Shown: piece after piece, positions 47,982 to 58,394 of the stretch
Numbering within the stretch: the first letter of the stretch is position 1
Layout of the letters: the number at the start of each line of letters is the position of its first letter
Notes under the pieces: model-generated
Seen by the model: only the letters and a program-made list of their open reading frames with translations
What the model was told of the DNA's origin: nothing
Databases searched by the model: none
Origin: Aggregatimonas sp.
Lineage (GTDB): Bacteria > Bacteroidota > Bacteroidia > Flavobacteriales > Flavobacteriaceae
Length of the DNA stretch: 64,000 nt
Assembly (NCBI GenBank): GCA_965238025.1
Contig: OZ250162.1
Location: 969,288-1,033,287, forward strand
Direction: 5' to 3'
Translations under genes and position numbers: made by a program

Positions 47982-48752
47982 ATGACGACACTACACCTAG
48001 CTGAAGGCAAAAAAGTATATTTTGCAAGTGACAATCACTTGGGTGCCCCAACTATGGCGATAAGCCGCCCCCGTGAGAAGAAGTTTGTCGCTTGGTTAGA
48101 TGACATCAAATCGGATGCCGGGGCAATTTTCCTTTTGGGCGACCTTTTCGATTTTTGGATGGAGTATAAAACTGTAATCCCGAAAGGTTTTGCAAGAACC
48201 CTAGGAAAACTGGCCGAAATCGCAGATTCAGGCATTCCCATTTACTACTTTGTTGGCAACCACGACCTTTGGATGAACGGCTATTTTGAAGAAGAACTTG
48301 GCATTCCCGTTTTTCATAAGCCTCAACAATACGAAATCAATGGTACTTCTTTTTTTATTGGGCACGGGGATGGTCTAGGGCCAAATGATAAGGGGTACAA
48401 ACGCATGAAAAAGGTATTTACCAATCCTGTTTCCAAATGGTTTTACCGATGGTTACACCCCGATTGGGGGGTGCGTTTGGCACAGTACTTTTCCGTAAAG
48501 AACAAACTGATTTCGGGTGATGAGGATGCCAAATTTCTTGGTGAGGACAAGGAGTGGCTGGTACAATACGCCAAGCGAAAATTAGAAACCCAACATTATG
48601 ATCATTTTATTTTTGGGCACCGTCATCTACCTCTGGAAATCGCTTTGGGAGAAACATCAAAATACACCAATCTCGGAGATTGGATCAACTACTATACCTA
48701 TGCCGTTTTTGATGGAGAAAACCTTTCCTTAGAAAAATACATTACTGACTAG
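47982..48752 (+). CDS. lpxH: UDP-2,3-diacylglucosamine diphosphatase
   Basis: ASDNHLG, LLGDLFDFW, VGNHD, GHGD, FGHRH metallophosphoesterase motifs. Confidence 0.87.
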   Translation: MTTLHLAEGKKVYFASDNHLGAPTMAISRPREKKFVAWLDDIKSDAGAIFLLGDLFDFWMEYKTVIPKGFARTLGKLAEIADSGIPIYYFVGNHDLWMNGYFEEELGIPVFHKPQQYEINGTSFFIGHGDGLGPNDKGYKRMKKVFTNPVSKWFYRWLHPDWGVRLAQYFSVKNKLISGDEDAKFLGEDKEWLVQYAKRKLETQHYDHFIFGHRHLPLEIALGETSKYTNLGDWINYYTYAVFDGENLSLEKYITD

Positions 48753-50016
48753 TCGTCTCATGTTCCTCCACATCTTTTCGTAAATCAAGTTTCCTAAAAG
48801 TTGGTGAAACAAAGGCAGTAATCCCCACAGTCAAAAGAGTCATTACTCCTCCAAAAACAACTGCTGTAACCGTACCCATTAGTTTGGCTGTCGCGCCACT
48901 TTCAAAGGCTCCAAGTTCGTTAGACGAACCAACAAACATCGAATTTACCGAGGCTACCCTACCCCGCATATGGTCGGGGGTTTTTAATTGCAATATTGTT
49001 TGCCGAATGACCATCGAAATACCATCTAAAGCCCCAAGTGCAAAAAGTGCGAAAACAGATAACCAGAATGAGGTCGAAAGTCCGAATACGATAATGCTTA
49101 TACCAAATCCGAATACCGCCCAAAGGAGTTTTTTGCCAGCGAATTTATGTATTGGAAAGCGGGTGGAACCTATCATGGTAATCGCAGCACCAACAGCCGG
49201 TGCCGCCCTTAAAACACCAAAACCTTCAGATCCTACTTGCAAAATATCTTGTGCAAAAATCGGTAGTAAAGCCACAGCGCCTCCAAACAATACCGCTATC
49301 ATATCAAGGGTCAAAGCGCCAAATATGGCCTTGGTGTCGAAAACAAACTTTAAACCTTCCTTTAAACTCTGAAAAATAGGTTCTCCAATTTTAGGGTTTA
49401 AAATTGGCTTTCGAGAAATCTTCAAAATGCAAATCAAAGCTAAAACCGAAAAAGCAACAATTAGGCACATTGACCAATGAACCCCGATCCAACTAATCGA
49501 AAATCCTGCTAAAGCCGGCCCTAAAACCGACGCCATCTGCCAAGTAGTACTGCTCCAGGTGGCGGCATTCGGATATATCCGTTTTGGAACGATTAGAGCA
49601 ATCAAAGAAAAAATTGTTGGCCCTAAAAAGGCTCGAACAAGCCCTCCTAGAAAAACTAAAAAATAAATGGAATACAAAATCGTAGTAGAACTAAATTTGG
49701 CTGAAAGAGAGGGTTCGCTTAATAGAAAAAGTCCAAAGCTAATTACCGAAAACCCCAGAATGCATTTGATCAATAGGTTCCGCTTTTCTTTCTGGTCTAC
49801 TATATGCCCGGCAAATAAGGCCATTGATACTGCTGGAATAAATTCCATAAGTCCTATAATCCCTAAAGACCAAGGATCTTTGGTCATCGAATATACTTGC
49901 CATTCAATAACAATAAATTGCATCGACCAAGCAAAGACCATGGCAAAACGGGCCAATAGAAAAATATTGAACTCCTTATAACGAAGGGCCGCATATGGGT
50001 CTAGTGGCTTTGACAT
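48742..50016 (-). CDS. MFS transporter (EntS/H+ antiporter-like)
   Basis: 12-TM pattern; LDMIAVLFGGAVALLPIFA and MRGRVASV motifs. Confidence 0.9.
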   Translation of the reverse strand: MSKPLDPYAALRYKEFNIFLLARFAMVFAWSMQFIVIEWQVYSMTKDPWSLGIIGLMEFIPAVSMALFAGHIVDQKEKRNLLIKCILGFSVISFGLFLLSEPSLSAKFSSTTILYSIYFLVFLGGLVRAFLGPTIFSLIALIVPKRIYPNAATWSSTTWQMASVLGPALAGFSISWIGVHWSMCLIVAFSVLALICILKISRKPILNPKIGEPIFQSLKEGLKFVFDTKAIFGALTLDMIAVLFGGAVALLPIFAQDILQVGSEGFGVLRAAPAVGAAITMIGSTRFPIHKFAGKKLLWAVFGFGISIIVFGLSTSFWLSVFALFALGALDGISMVIRQTILQLKTPDHMRGRVASVNSMFVGSSNELGAFESGATAKLMGTVTAVVFGGVMTLLTVGITAFVSPTFRKLDLRKDVEEHETTSQ

Positions 50017-50019
50017 ATG

Positions 50020-50406
50020 CTACACCGTAATTTCTATTCGATTTCCTTCTGGGTCTAAAACCACACTTTCATAATAACCATCGCCTGTTGTTCTTGGTTC
50101 ACCAATGATCCTAAACCCATCTTTGCGTAGCTTTTTCGTTAGTGAATCAACTTTGTTCTTGGTGCCAACCGATACTGCAAAATGTATCATTCCCAGATGC
50201 TCGCCACCAATGTCTTCTAACTTGGGAATGTTTGGTTTTTGCATCAATTCAAGGCGTGGACCTAGCTCGAAACTGAGAAAATAGGAGGTAAAATCTCTTT
50301 TTGGATTATGGTACTTGTTCCCAGCATTCGCCTCGAAATACGATTCATAAAAATTGCGCATCTTTTCCAAATCATTGACCCAAATAGCAAGGTGTTCTAT
50401 TTTCAT
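50020..50406 (-). CDS. VOC/glyoxalase family protein
   Basis: IEHLAIWV, HFAVSVG, RTTGDGYYESVVLDPEGNRIE motifs. Confidence 0.9.
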   Translation of the reverse strand: MKIEHLAIWVNDLEKMRNFYESYFEANAGNKYHNPKRDFTSYFLSFELGPRLELMQKPNIPKLEDIGGEHLGMIHFAVSVGTKNKVDSLTKKLRKDGFRIIGEPRTTGDGYYESVVLDPEGNRIEITV

Positions 50407-52091
50407 TTAAGGTCCTTTAGTTTTAGTTGCAAGCTCACATTACCTTGCCATTCGTTCTCATCCAAGGTAAAAACAGCGCTAAAAGGCTGCTTGTTTTTTA
50501 CAATGGCTAGTTTATGCCCCAGGTTAAACCCGATTCCCCCGATTGGACCGATTCCCTTTTGTTTTACCGAAACTTTCAAGTGGTCCTCGGTCTCACCGAC
50601 GGCCCTTGCGTACCCCGTATCCTTCAAGTCATCTGTCATGAAAACTGGTGTCATATTTCCGGGTCCGAAGGGGGCGAATTGGTTGATAATCCTCATAAGT
50701 TTAGGTGATATTTTATCAAAAGCGATACGCGCATCCACCTTTATTTCTGGCACCAATAAACTGGGGTCGATAGTCTCGGCCACCACTTTTTCAAATTGCG
50801 CTTTGAATGTTTCATATTGATTTTCTAAAAGCGTTAACCCGGCAGCGTATTTATGTCCGCCAAATTGTTCAATGCAGTCCGAGCAGCCCTGCAGGGCGTT
50901 GTACACATCAAAGCCCTTTACAGAACGTGCGGAGGCAGCCAACTTTTCTCCGCTTTTGGTAAATACCAAGGTAGGGCGATAATACGTTTCTGTTAAGCGT
51001 GATGCGACGATACCTATGACGCCTTTATGCCATGACTCTTTATATACCACGGTGGTATACCCTTCTTCCTCTCCGTTTTTAGCTATCTGTATCAAGGCTT
51101 CTTGAGTAATTTCTTTATCAAGACCCCTTCGGTCTGTATTGAACTGTTCTATCTCCCTAGCAAATTCCCTCGCTTGTTCCAAGTCGGTTGCTACAAGAAG
51201 GTTTACAGCATGCTGACCGTGTTTCATTCGCCCGGCTGCATTAATACGTGGTGCGATGATAAAAACAACGTCGGTTATCGTGAGTTGCTTCTTATTCAAT
51301 TGGTCGATAATCGCCTTAAATCCAATTCGCGGATTCGAATTAATGACTTGCAATCCAAAATAAGCCAGCGTACGATTCTCTCCCGTCATAGGAACGATAT
51401 CAGCACCGATCGCCGTGGCTACCAAATCCAGATATGGAATCAAATCTTCAGTTATTTCTCCCTTTTTAGTCCCTAAAGCCTGAATCAATTTAAAGCCAAC
51501 ACCGCAACCACAAAGCTCATCATACGGATATTCACAATCGGAACGCTTTGGGTCCAAAACGGCGACCGCATCGGGTAGTTCTGGCCCAGGCCGGTGATGA
51601 TCACAGATAATAAAGTCAATATTTTTCGCCTTGGCATAGGCAACTTTATCAATCGCTTTTACGCCACAGTCTAGGGCGATGATAAGAGAAAACCCATTGT
51701 CATGGGCAAAATCGATTCCCAAATAGGAGACTCCATAACCCTCGTTATAACGGTCGGGAATATAGGTGGCGACATTAGGGTAATAGCTTAATAAGTATGA
51801 CGAAACCAAGGCAACCGAGGAGGTGCCATCCACATCATAATCGCCAAAAACAAGTATATTTTCTTTTTTGACGATAGCCTTTTCTATACGTTCTACGGCA
51901 ACGTTCATATCCTTCATCAAAAAAGGATCGTGCAAATCGGAAAGTTGTGGTCTAAAGAACTTTTTTGCTTTTTCATAGGAATTTATGCCCCTTTGTAAAA
52001 GCAGTTGCGCGACCAAACCATCAACCCTAAGCACACCGGCTAGTTGGTTTATTTGTTGTTGTTCGGGTTTTGGTTTTATGGTCCAGCGCAT
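50403..52091 (-). CDS. recJ: single-stranded-DNA-specific exonuclease RecJ
   Basis: GDYDVDG, IALDCG, CDHH, DLVATAIGAD, APRINAAGR, GGHKYAAG motifs. Confidence 0.97.
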   Translation of the reverse strand: MRWTIKPKPEQQQINQLAGVLRVDGLVAQLLLQRGINSYEKAKKFFRPQLSDLHDPFLMKDMNVAVERIEKAIVKKENILVFGDYDVDGTSSVALVSSYLLSYYPNVATYIPDRYNEGYGVSYLGIDFAHDNGFSLIIALDCGVKAIDKVAYAKAKNIDFIICDHHRPGPELPDAVAVLDPKRSDCEYPYDELCGCGVGFKLIQALGTKKGEITEDLIPYLDLVATAIGADIVPMTGENRTLAYFGLQVINSNPRIGFKAIIDQLNKKQLTITDVVFIIAPRINAAGRMKHGQHAVNLLVATDLEQAREFAREIEQFNTDRRGLDKEITQEALIQIAKNGEEEGYTTVVYKESWHKGVIGIVASRLTETYYRPTLVFTKSGEKLAASARSVKGFDVYNALQGCSDCIEQFGGHKYAAGLTLLENQYETFKAQFEKVVAETIDPSLLVPEIKVDARIAFDKISPKLMRIINQFAPFGPGNMTPVFMTDDLKDTGYARAVGETEDHLKVSVKQKGIGPIGGIGFNLGHKLAIVKNKQPFSAVFTLDENEWQGNVSLQLKLKDLK

Positions 52092-52276
52092 GGGTTAAAA
52101 TTCAAGTTCAAGTGTCAAGTTCAGGTGCAAGTGCAATTCTTATAATCTGGCCCTACCTACTTTTTGTTCTTTATAATTGTTGCTATGATTCGAATTAATT
52201 GCTCTACTTCATCTAATAAATCAAATTTCTTTTCAACCATTTATTTTTTCTTTGAACTTGACACTTGAATTTGAGT

Positions 52277-53161
52277 TTAAGCCTTCAAATCCCCCTTTAT
52301 AAATGCATCAATATACCCAGCAATCTCCTCCCCTTTTTCTTCCTGCAAAAAATGTCCTGCATTTGCAATTGTTATTTTTTGTTGGTCATTCGCTGTTGGG
52401 ATTAATTTATAAAAGAACTTTTCCAAGCCCGTAAAAACCTTGTCCTTATCGGAAAATAGAACTAAGGCCGGTTTGTCCCAATTTTCCAGCACTTCCCTGG
52501 CCTTAATCATATATTTTACCGCCGGATCATCTTTTCTTCCGGGGACCAGCGAGGGAAATGCCTTCGCACCTGCCTTATATTTTCTATTAGGGTATGGTGT
52601 ATCATACGCCTTTAAAACTTCTTTTGACAACTTATTATGGCTGGCATATTGGATGATACCACTTACGGGTAACGAAGGATGGTATTTTGAAAACCACTGC
52701 CACATTTTAAACGGCAATGGCAGCTTCTTTCCAACGGGTATAAAGGTATTCATAATGACAACCCTCTTAAACCACTCGGGGCGCTGCCCTAGTAATCCCA
52801 GCCCTAACAGGCCGCCCCAATCCTGAACGACAAGGGTCATTTCTTTAAGGTCGAGTTTCTCACAAAAATTAACTAGCGAATCCAAATGAAATTGGTAACT
52901 GTAATCTTTTACCTTGATGGGTTTGTCAGATTTACCAAAGCCTAAAAAATCTGGAGCAATAAACCTATAATTATTCAAGACCGGAATAAACTTTCGATAT
53001 AAATAACACCAACTAGGCTCCCCGTGTAGCGCTAAGATAACTTCGCCTTCGCCTTCATCTAGGTAATGCATTTGCATGTTCTGGAAACCCAAATAGTTTT
53101 CCTTAAAATCAAAATCCGGTAAATTTTCAAATTGGGTTAATGGTGTTCTTATATACTCCAT
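52277..53161 (-). CDS. haloalkane dehalogenase-like alpha/beta hydrolase
   Basis: LHGEPSW, APDFLGFGKSDKP, VQDWGG, AGHFLQE motifs. Confidence 0.88.
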   Translation of the reverse strand: MEYIRTPLTQFENLPDFDFKENYLGFQNMQMHYLDEGEGEVILALHGEPSWCYLYRKFIPVLNNYRFIAPDFLGFGKSDKPIKVKDYSYQFHLDSLVNFCEKLDLKEMTLVVQDWGGLLGLGLLGQRPEWFKRVVIMNTFIPVGKKLPLPFKMWQWFSKYHPSLPVSGIIQYASHNKLSKEVLKAYDTPYPNRKYKAGAKAFPSLVPGRKDDPAVKYMIKAREVLENWDKPALVLFSDKDKVFTGLEKFFYKLIPTANDQQKITIANAGHFLQEEKGEEIAGYIDAFIKGDLKA

Positions 53162-53166
53162 TGGTA

Positions 53167-53595
53167 TTAGTTGTGATGAAAGATTGTTTTGATGTCTAAC
53201 TCCGCAAACCGGCGAAACATCTCCATTACCCCGCAGTATTTTTCTATGGACAGATCAACAGCCCGTTGTAGTTTCTTCTCTTGAAGGTTTTTCCCATGAA
53301 AGTGATATTCAATTACCACTTTATCGTAGAACTTCGGGTGCTCATCTGTCAAGTTTGCAATGGTTTCGATAGTAAACTCGTTAACCTCTAATTTCATCTT
53401 TTTCATTAAGGATGCCACATCAAGCCCGGAACATCCCGCAAGTGAGGAAAGCATAAGCGCCTTAGGGCGCATTCCGCTGCTATCACCACCATCTTCCGTA
53501 GCGATATCGATTTTAAAATTATGCCCTGATGGATTGTTGCTTTCGAAGGCCATATTGCCCAGCCATTTCGTCGTGATATGATTTGTTGCTCCCAT
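53167..53595 (-). CDS. OsmC family protein
   Basis: PKALMLSSLAGCSGLD...EKYCGV two-Cys pattern. Confidence 0.9.
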   Translation of the reverse strand: MGATNHITTKWLGNMAFESNNPSGHNFKIDIATEDGGDSSGMRPKALMLSSLAGCSGLDVASLMKKMKLEVNEFTIETIANLTDEHPKFYDKVVIEYHFHGKNLQEKKLQRAVDLSIEKYCGVMEMFRRFAELDIKTIFHHN

Positions 53596-53698
53596 AAATT
53601 TTCGTTTCTTGTGAAGGATAAATGTACGATTATTTAAAGGCTTAGAAAATGGTTCTTTATACTTCGTACCTCGTATTTTTAACTTCTAACTTGATAAT

Positions 53699-54301
53699 AT
53701 GGCTTTAGTAAATCCGCTTGATCCCAACCATAGTCCCGAAACTAAAAAACTCGCCGAATTCTTTAACGAAACACTCGGATTTTGTCCGAATTCTGTTTTG
53801 ACCATGCAGCATCGGCCAGCCATTTCCAAGGCTTTTATCAACTTGAATATGGCCGTAATGGCGAATGAGGGTCGGGTGACCTCAGCTCTTAAAAGAATGA
53901 TTGCTTGGGTGAGCAGCAACTCCACCGGATGTCGCTATTGCCAGGCCCATGCGATTCGCGCCGCAGAGCGTTATGGGGCGGAACAAGAACAGCTCGATAA
54001 TATTTGGGAGTACCGAACTCATCCAGCTTTTTCGGAGGCGGAAAGGGCCGCTTTAGACTTTTCATTACAAGCATCCCAAGTACCGAACGGAGTCGATGCT
54101 GAAATAAAAGCACGTTTGTACGAACATTGGAACGAAGGTGAAATCGTAGAGATGTTAGGGGTGATTTCCCTATTCGGATATCTGAACCGATGGAACGACT
54201 CCATGGGAACTTCTATTGAAGAGGGGGCCGTGGAAAGTGGTGATCAATATTTGGGAAAACATGGTTGGGAGAAAGGTAAGCATGATGGAAGTAACTATTA
54301 A
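53699..54301 (+). CDS. carboxymuconolactone decarboxylase/AhpD-like peroxidase
   Basis: GCRYCQAH CxxCxxH motif, SEAERAALDF. Confidence 0.87.
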   Translation: MALVNPLDPNHSPETKKLAEFFNETLGFCPNSVLTMQHRPAISKAFINLNMAVMANEGRVTSALKRMIAWVSSNSTGCRYCQAHAIRAAERYGAEQEQLDNIWEYRTHPAFSEAERAALDFSLQASQVPNGVDAEIKARLYEHWNEGEIVEMLGVISLFGYLNRWNDSMGTSIEEGAVESGDQYLGKHGWEKGKHDGSNY

Positions 54302-54311
54302 TCGCCGTTTT

Positions 54312-55085
54312 ATGAAAGGAGCATTTATGCTGTTAATCATTAGTCTTTTCCTTTTTGGTTGTGAAGAAATCATTACCGAAAAAACCATTAATAAAAGGGA
54401 TTACTATGTCGAATATACCAAGGATAATAGGGAGATTTATCGATTTAACGATAACACGAAAATGAACGGTGTTTTTAAGGTCATTTACGAAAATGCGCTA
54501 AAAGAATCTTTTTCGACACGGGATGGACAGTTGTTCGATGCCTATAAAACATACCATCCGAACAGCATGGTAGCATCTGAAACCGGTTATTTAAGGGGCT
54601 TAAAAAATGGGGCTGAAAAGACTTTTTATCCCTCTGGTAAACTTCAAACCGAAAAGACCTTCAGAAACGGCAAAAAAATAAAAGTCTCCAAAAGTTATTA
54701 TGAAAATGGGGCCATTCAAAGCAAAACCGATTCAGAAGGGAATACTAAGTTTTTTGATAAGAATGGCTCGGTTTTATCTCAAAGCAATACCGACCACAAC
54801 AAAATCTTCAAAGATGGGAAATTACGCTTTGAAGAATATGAATATAAGGACAAAATCGGGCCAATTATGGTAATGAAGTCGTATCAGGAAGATGGAAGTG
54901 TTTCAAAAATCCTAGGAATGCGAATGGATAACGAAATGATGTCGGAAGAAAATATATTCCTTTTGGTTTTGGACGAAAATCATGCCATAACGGACTCCAT
55001 TAACCCGAAACAAGATATGGCCAAGTTTATGAAAGTGCTCAAAGAATTGGGTCCTGAGCTAGCAAATGAACTGCCAAACTGGTAA
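54312..55085 (+). CDS. lipoprotein with MORN-variant (YwqK-like) repeats
   Basis: lipobox LFGC; repeats YHPNSM, FYPSGKL, YYENGAI; start uncertain (54282-54312). Confidence 0.7.
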   Translation: MKGAFMLLIISLFLFGCEEIITEKTINKRDYYVEYTKDNREIYRFNDNTKMNGVFKVIYENALKESFSTRDGQLFDAYKTYHPNSMVASETGYLRGLKNGAEKTFYPSGKLQTEKTFRNGKKIKVSKSYYENGAIQSKTDSEGNTKFFDKNGSVLSQSNTDHNKIFKDGKLRFEEYEYKDKIGPIMVMKSYQEDGSVSKILGMRMDNEMMSEENIFLLVLDENHAITDSINPKQDMAKFMKVLKELGPELANELPNW

Positions 55086-55170
55086 TGTTGAACGGTTTAT
55101 GCTATCACCACGATTGAAATACCAACTCTTTAAGTAACAAATATCTGGGTCCGACTTAATGGTTATTTTA

Positions 55171-55743
55171 TCAAAAGAGCCAGGTTTTAACCCTATGTTG
55201 TAGCGCTGTTACAACCTCTTCCTCAAACCAGGGGTTCTTGGCCAACCAAAACCGATTTCTAGGTGAAGGATGCGGTAAGGGGAAATATTTGGGTAAATAC
55301 TTTTTATAGGCCTTTACGGTTTCCGTTAGATTTTTTTCCATCTCTCCTTTCAGGTAATAGTTTTGAGCATACATACCGATAAGAATTATCAGTTCCAAAT
55401 TGGGCATGCTATCCCATAATTGTTGGTGCCAAAGGGGGGCACATTCTTTTCGCGGAGGTAAATCGCCACTTTTCCCTTTCCCGGGGTAACAAAAGCCCAT
55501 TGGTACCAAGGCAATTTTGGTTTCGTCATAAAACACCTCATCTGAAACTCCTAGCCATTTTCTTAATTGTCTTCCGCTAGGGTCGTCCCAGGGCACTCCT
55601 GTTTCGTGCACTTTGGTTCCGGGAGCCTGCCCAATGATAATTATTTTTGAATCGCGATGAGCAGCGACAATGGGTCTTGGGCCCAAAGGCAGATGCTCTT
55701 TGCAAACCTCGCACGCCTTTATTTCCGTGAGTAATTTTTTCAT
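55171..55743 (-). CDS. uracil-DNA glycosylase family protein
   Basis: IIGQAPG, WDDPSGRQLRKWL, GDLPPRKEC, LPHPSPRN motifs. Confidence 0.9.
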   Translation of the reverse strand: MKKLLTEIKACEVCKEHLPLGPRPIVAAHRDSKIIIIGQAPGTKVHETGVPWDDPSGRQLRKWLGVSDEVFYDETKIALVPMGFCYPGKGKSGDLPPRKECAPLWHQQLWDSMPNLELIILIGMYAQNYYLKGEMEKNLTETVKAYKKYLPKYFPLPHPSPRNRFWLAKNPWFEEEVVTALQHRVKTWLF

Positions 55744-55774
55744 TTATGCATTTTTTTTAAATGTATGAAAAAGC

Positions 55775-55945
55775 CTAGCGAACACCTATTACCATTAGTT
55801 TAATCCCATCCTTGGTATGTATAATTCGATGTACTGAATAACTACTTTCATTCAACTCAACCCATTCGCCACTCCGGGGTTGGGTTTCCAATGCAAGTTC
55901 CCCTATTTTTTCTTTGCTAGTGTTTTCAATTAAAATCACTTTCAT
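55775..55945 (-). CDS. small hypothetical protein (56 aa)
   Basis: MKVILIENTSKEKIGELALETQPRSGEWVELNESSYSVHRIIHTKDGIKLMVIGVR, co-oriented with its neighbours. Confidence 0.55.
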   Translation of the reverse strand: MKVILIENTSKEKIGELALETQPRSGEWVELNESSYSVHRIIHTKDGIKLMVIGVR

Positions 55946-56100
55946 ATTAATGTGTTTACCCTATTATCTATGATTTATCCTATACAACCAAAGCACACCG
56001 ATCATAAGATCGACGCGCTTGGAAGCATAATCAACTAAAACCGCCATTACGTCATAATCAGGGGAAACATCCGGTTCCAATTGTTTTAATCTAATTATTT

Positions 56101-56469
56101 CTAACCTAGTTCTATGCCATTGGTTACCTCGGTTTTATGCAGGCTAACTACAATAAGTACTGCGATACCGTTGATCCAATAGTAATAAGCGTCCAAGCCT
56201 TCGAATCCTAAAATAAAAGGTGCTAGAATAAATACTATAGCGACCAAAAAATCAACGATTAAATGAAACTTATATGGAATAACTTTGAATACTCCCAAAT
56301 GATGGTCCGTTAACAATGTCAAAATAAACGCTGCTATTCCAGTAGCTACCGATAGTTGCAAAGCCAAAGGGTTTGAACTTCCCAATCCCAATAAAAAGGG
56401 CAATGCGATCAACGCAATAGCAACAGGGTAATCTAAAAATGCGTGTATTCTTTTCGTTATGAATTTCAT
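56101..56469 (-). CDS. small membrane protein (SPW-repeat-like)
   Basis: HAFLDYPVAIALIALPFLLG...H..VDF four-TM pattern. Confidence 0.75.
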   Translation of the reverse strand: MKFITKRIHAFLDYPVAIALIALPFLLGLGSSNPLALQLSVATGIAAFILTLLTDHHLGVFKVIPYKFHLIVDFLVAIVFILAPFILGFEGLDAYYYWINGIAVLIVVSLHKTEVTNGIELG

Positions 56470-56501
56470 GATTTTTACTATTAAATTGTTATTGTTTTTT
56501 G

Positions 56502-56858
56502 TTAGGCCGCGTTGAAGTATTCTTCTTGAACTACCTTTCCTTCATCATTCCATATACGTCGAATGATCTCATGCCAGTAAATCTTACTGCCATCTTTCAT
56601 ATCAAAATCGAATGTGAATTCTGATGCCGATACGTTTCCTTCTACAATTGAATGATGGAGTGTAATGCCATTTACAACGGCAATTGATCCGGCAAAACCT
56701 TCCATTTTAGCAACCATTCCCGCTTTATCAGAAGTTGTTCCCCCCTGACCATGATCAGAAGTTGTCGCACTTTCTGCGAAAAATTGCTTAACTGCATCTA
56801 CGACGGCCCCAGTTAAAACTACGGCGTCCATTTTTTGTACTTGTTCCTTGATATTCAT
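56502..56858 (-). CDS. SnoaL/NTF2-like protein, copy 2
   Basis: 118 aa, 115/118 identical to 58913-59269. Confidence 0.82.
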   Translation of the reverse strand: MNIKEQVQKMDAVVLTGAVVDAVKQFFAESATTSDHGQGGTTSDKAGMVAKMEGFAGSIAVVNGITLHHSIVEGNVSASEFTFDFDMKDGSKIYWHEIIRRIWNDEGKVVQEEYFNAA

Positions 56859-56944
56859 CTTTTTGTTTTTAGTGATTAATACTGCAAAGATGAGGGAGAA
56901 ACGAGCTTGGGATGCTACAAAAAAAGCGCTATAAATTGTACTTT

Positions 56945-58234
56945 TTATTCCAAAGTAGTGTCTTCTGGTCGTTGCGTCTTTCGAACTATCAATCGAAGGC
57001 CTTTATCAGAATTAAAATAGCTCCAAGTCCAATTCACGAATACAATGAGCCTATTTCTAAAATCTACTAGTAACATTAAGTGAAGAAACATCCATACAAA
57101 CCATGCAATCCCACCGGAAAACTTAAGATAAGGAAGATCTACTACTGCCCTATTTCTTCCGATGGTCGCCATAGTGCCCTTGTCTTTATATTTGAAAGGA
57201 GTCATTTCTTTACCTTTTACAATAGCATTAAGGTTTTTACCTAAATGATAACCTTGCTGTGCTGCGACGGATGCCAACATTGCGTGCCCTTTTCCATCCA
57301 ATTCGGATGAAATCGACGCAACATCCCCAAGAGCAAAAATATTCTCATGCCCATCCACTTTATGATATTCATCAGTTACTATGCGTTTACTCTTATTCAG
57401 GCTGTTGTTCATATTACCAACCGGTGCACCCATAACGCCAGCCGACCATATCAAAGTTCTGGTACTAAAGTCATTATTGTTTGTTGTTACTTTCTTGCCG
57501 TCATAGTCTTTTACTACAGTATTCAGCCAAACATTTATTCCCAGTTTCTTTAAAAATTTATGGGATTTACGGGAAGCATTATCACTCATTCCCGACAAAA
57601 TTCGAGAAGAGGCTTCAATCACGTGAATCTGCATCTGTCTAATATCCAAATCGGGATAATCATTGGGGAGCACATTGGTTTTAAGCTCTGCAAGAGCCCC
57701 GGCCAGTTCAATACCAGTGGCGCCACCCCCTACTATAACAAAACTCATGTATTGTTCCCTTTCGAGGATATCTGAGGTATTAAGGGCATTTTCAAAATTC
57801 TGTAGAATTAAACTTCTTAGATCCAGAGACTCTCGAAGGCTCTTCATAGTGTAGCTATATTTCTGGATATTCTTCATTCCGAAGAAATTTGTAGTCGCAC
57901 CTGTCGCAATGACCAAGAAGTCATATTTAAGGGTTCCTATATCTGTGGTAAGTTCATTTAATTCTGAATTTACACTACTAACTTCCGCCATTCTAAAATG
58001 AAAGTGTTTCTTTCCCTTAAAAACTTTTCTTATCGGATAAACAATGGAATCTGGCTCCAACCCCCCACTTGCTACCTGATACATTAAAGGTTGAAATGTA
58101 TGGTAGTTATTTTTATCCAGAAGAACTACTTGATAATTTCTACTGTTAATGGTTCGGGCGAGTTTAAGGCCCGCAAATCCGCATCCTATAATAACTATTC
58201 TCGGCAAATCGATACTAGGGATATTTAAATTCAC
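56945..58234 (-). CDS. ndh: type II NADH dehydrogenase (NAD(P)/FAD-dependent oxidoreductase)
   Basis: IIGCGFAG, HTFQPLMYQVA, VGGGATGIELAG, ALGD, YKDKGTMATIGR motifs. Confidence 0.9.
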   Translation of the reverse strand: MNLNIPSIDLPRIVIIGCGFAGLKLARTINSRNYQVVLLDKNNYHTFQPLMYQVASGGLEPDSIVYPIRKVFKGKKHFHFRMAEVSSVNSELNELTTDIGTLKYDFLVIATGATTNFFGMKNIQKYSYTMKSLRESLDLRSLILQNFENALNTSDILEREQYMSFVIVGGGATGIELAGALAELKTNVLPNDYPDLDIRQMQIHVIEASSRILSGMSDNASRKSHKFLKKLGINVWLNTVVKDYDGKKVTTNNNDFSTRTLIWSAGVMGAPVGNMNNSLNKSKRIVTDEYHKVDGHENIFALGDVASISSELDGKGHAMLASVAAQQGYHLGKNLNAIVKGKEMTPFKYKDKGTMATIGRNRAVVDLPYLKFSGGIAWFVWMFLHLMLLVDFRNRLIVFVNWTWSYFNSDKGLRLIVRKTQRPEDTTLE

Positions 58235-58394
58235 AATTAGATATTTTTTATTATTGAAGCTTTCGAATGCTATTTGCCATTAACCACCTAAAGTATTTAA
58301 TTGTGCAGGTCTTTCCTAATGGTCTGCATAGAGATAATAATAAAAGCGCAAGCAAAAATGCTTGCGCTCAATTCACTATTATTTAAAATAATGA

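Noticed and set aside
54312-55085. YwqK-like protein as the antitoxin of a toxin-antitoxin system
   Set aside because: MORN-variant repeats with a lipobox and no adjacent toxin gene; such labels are usually generic
58343-58368. GCGCAAGCA-AAAA-TGCTTGCGC as a fourth WYL operator
   Set aside because: Different spacing and sequence; it is a GC hairpin just downstream of the YHS gene, consistent with a terminator
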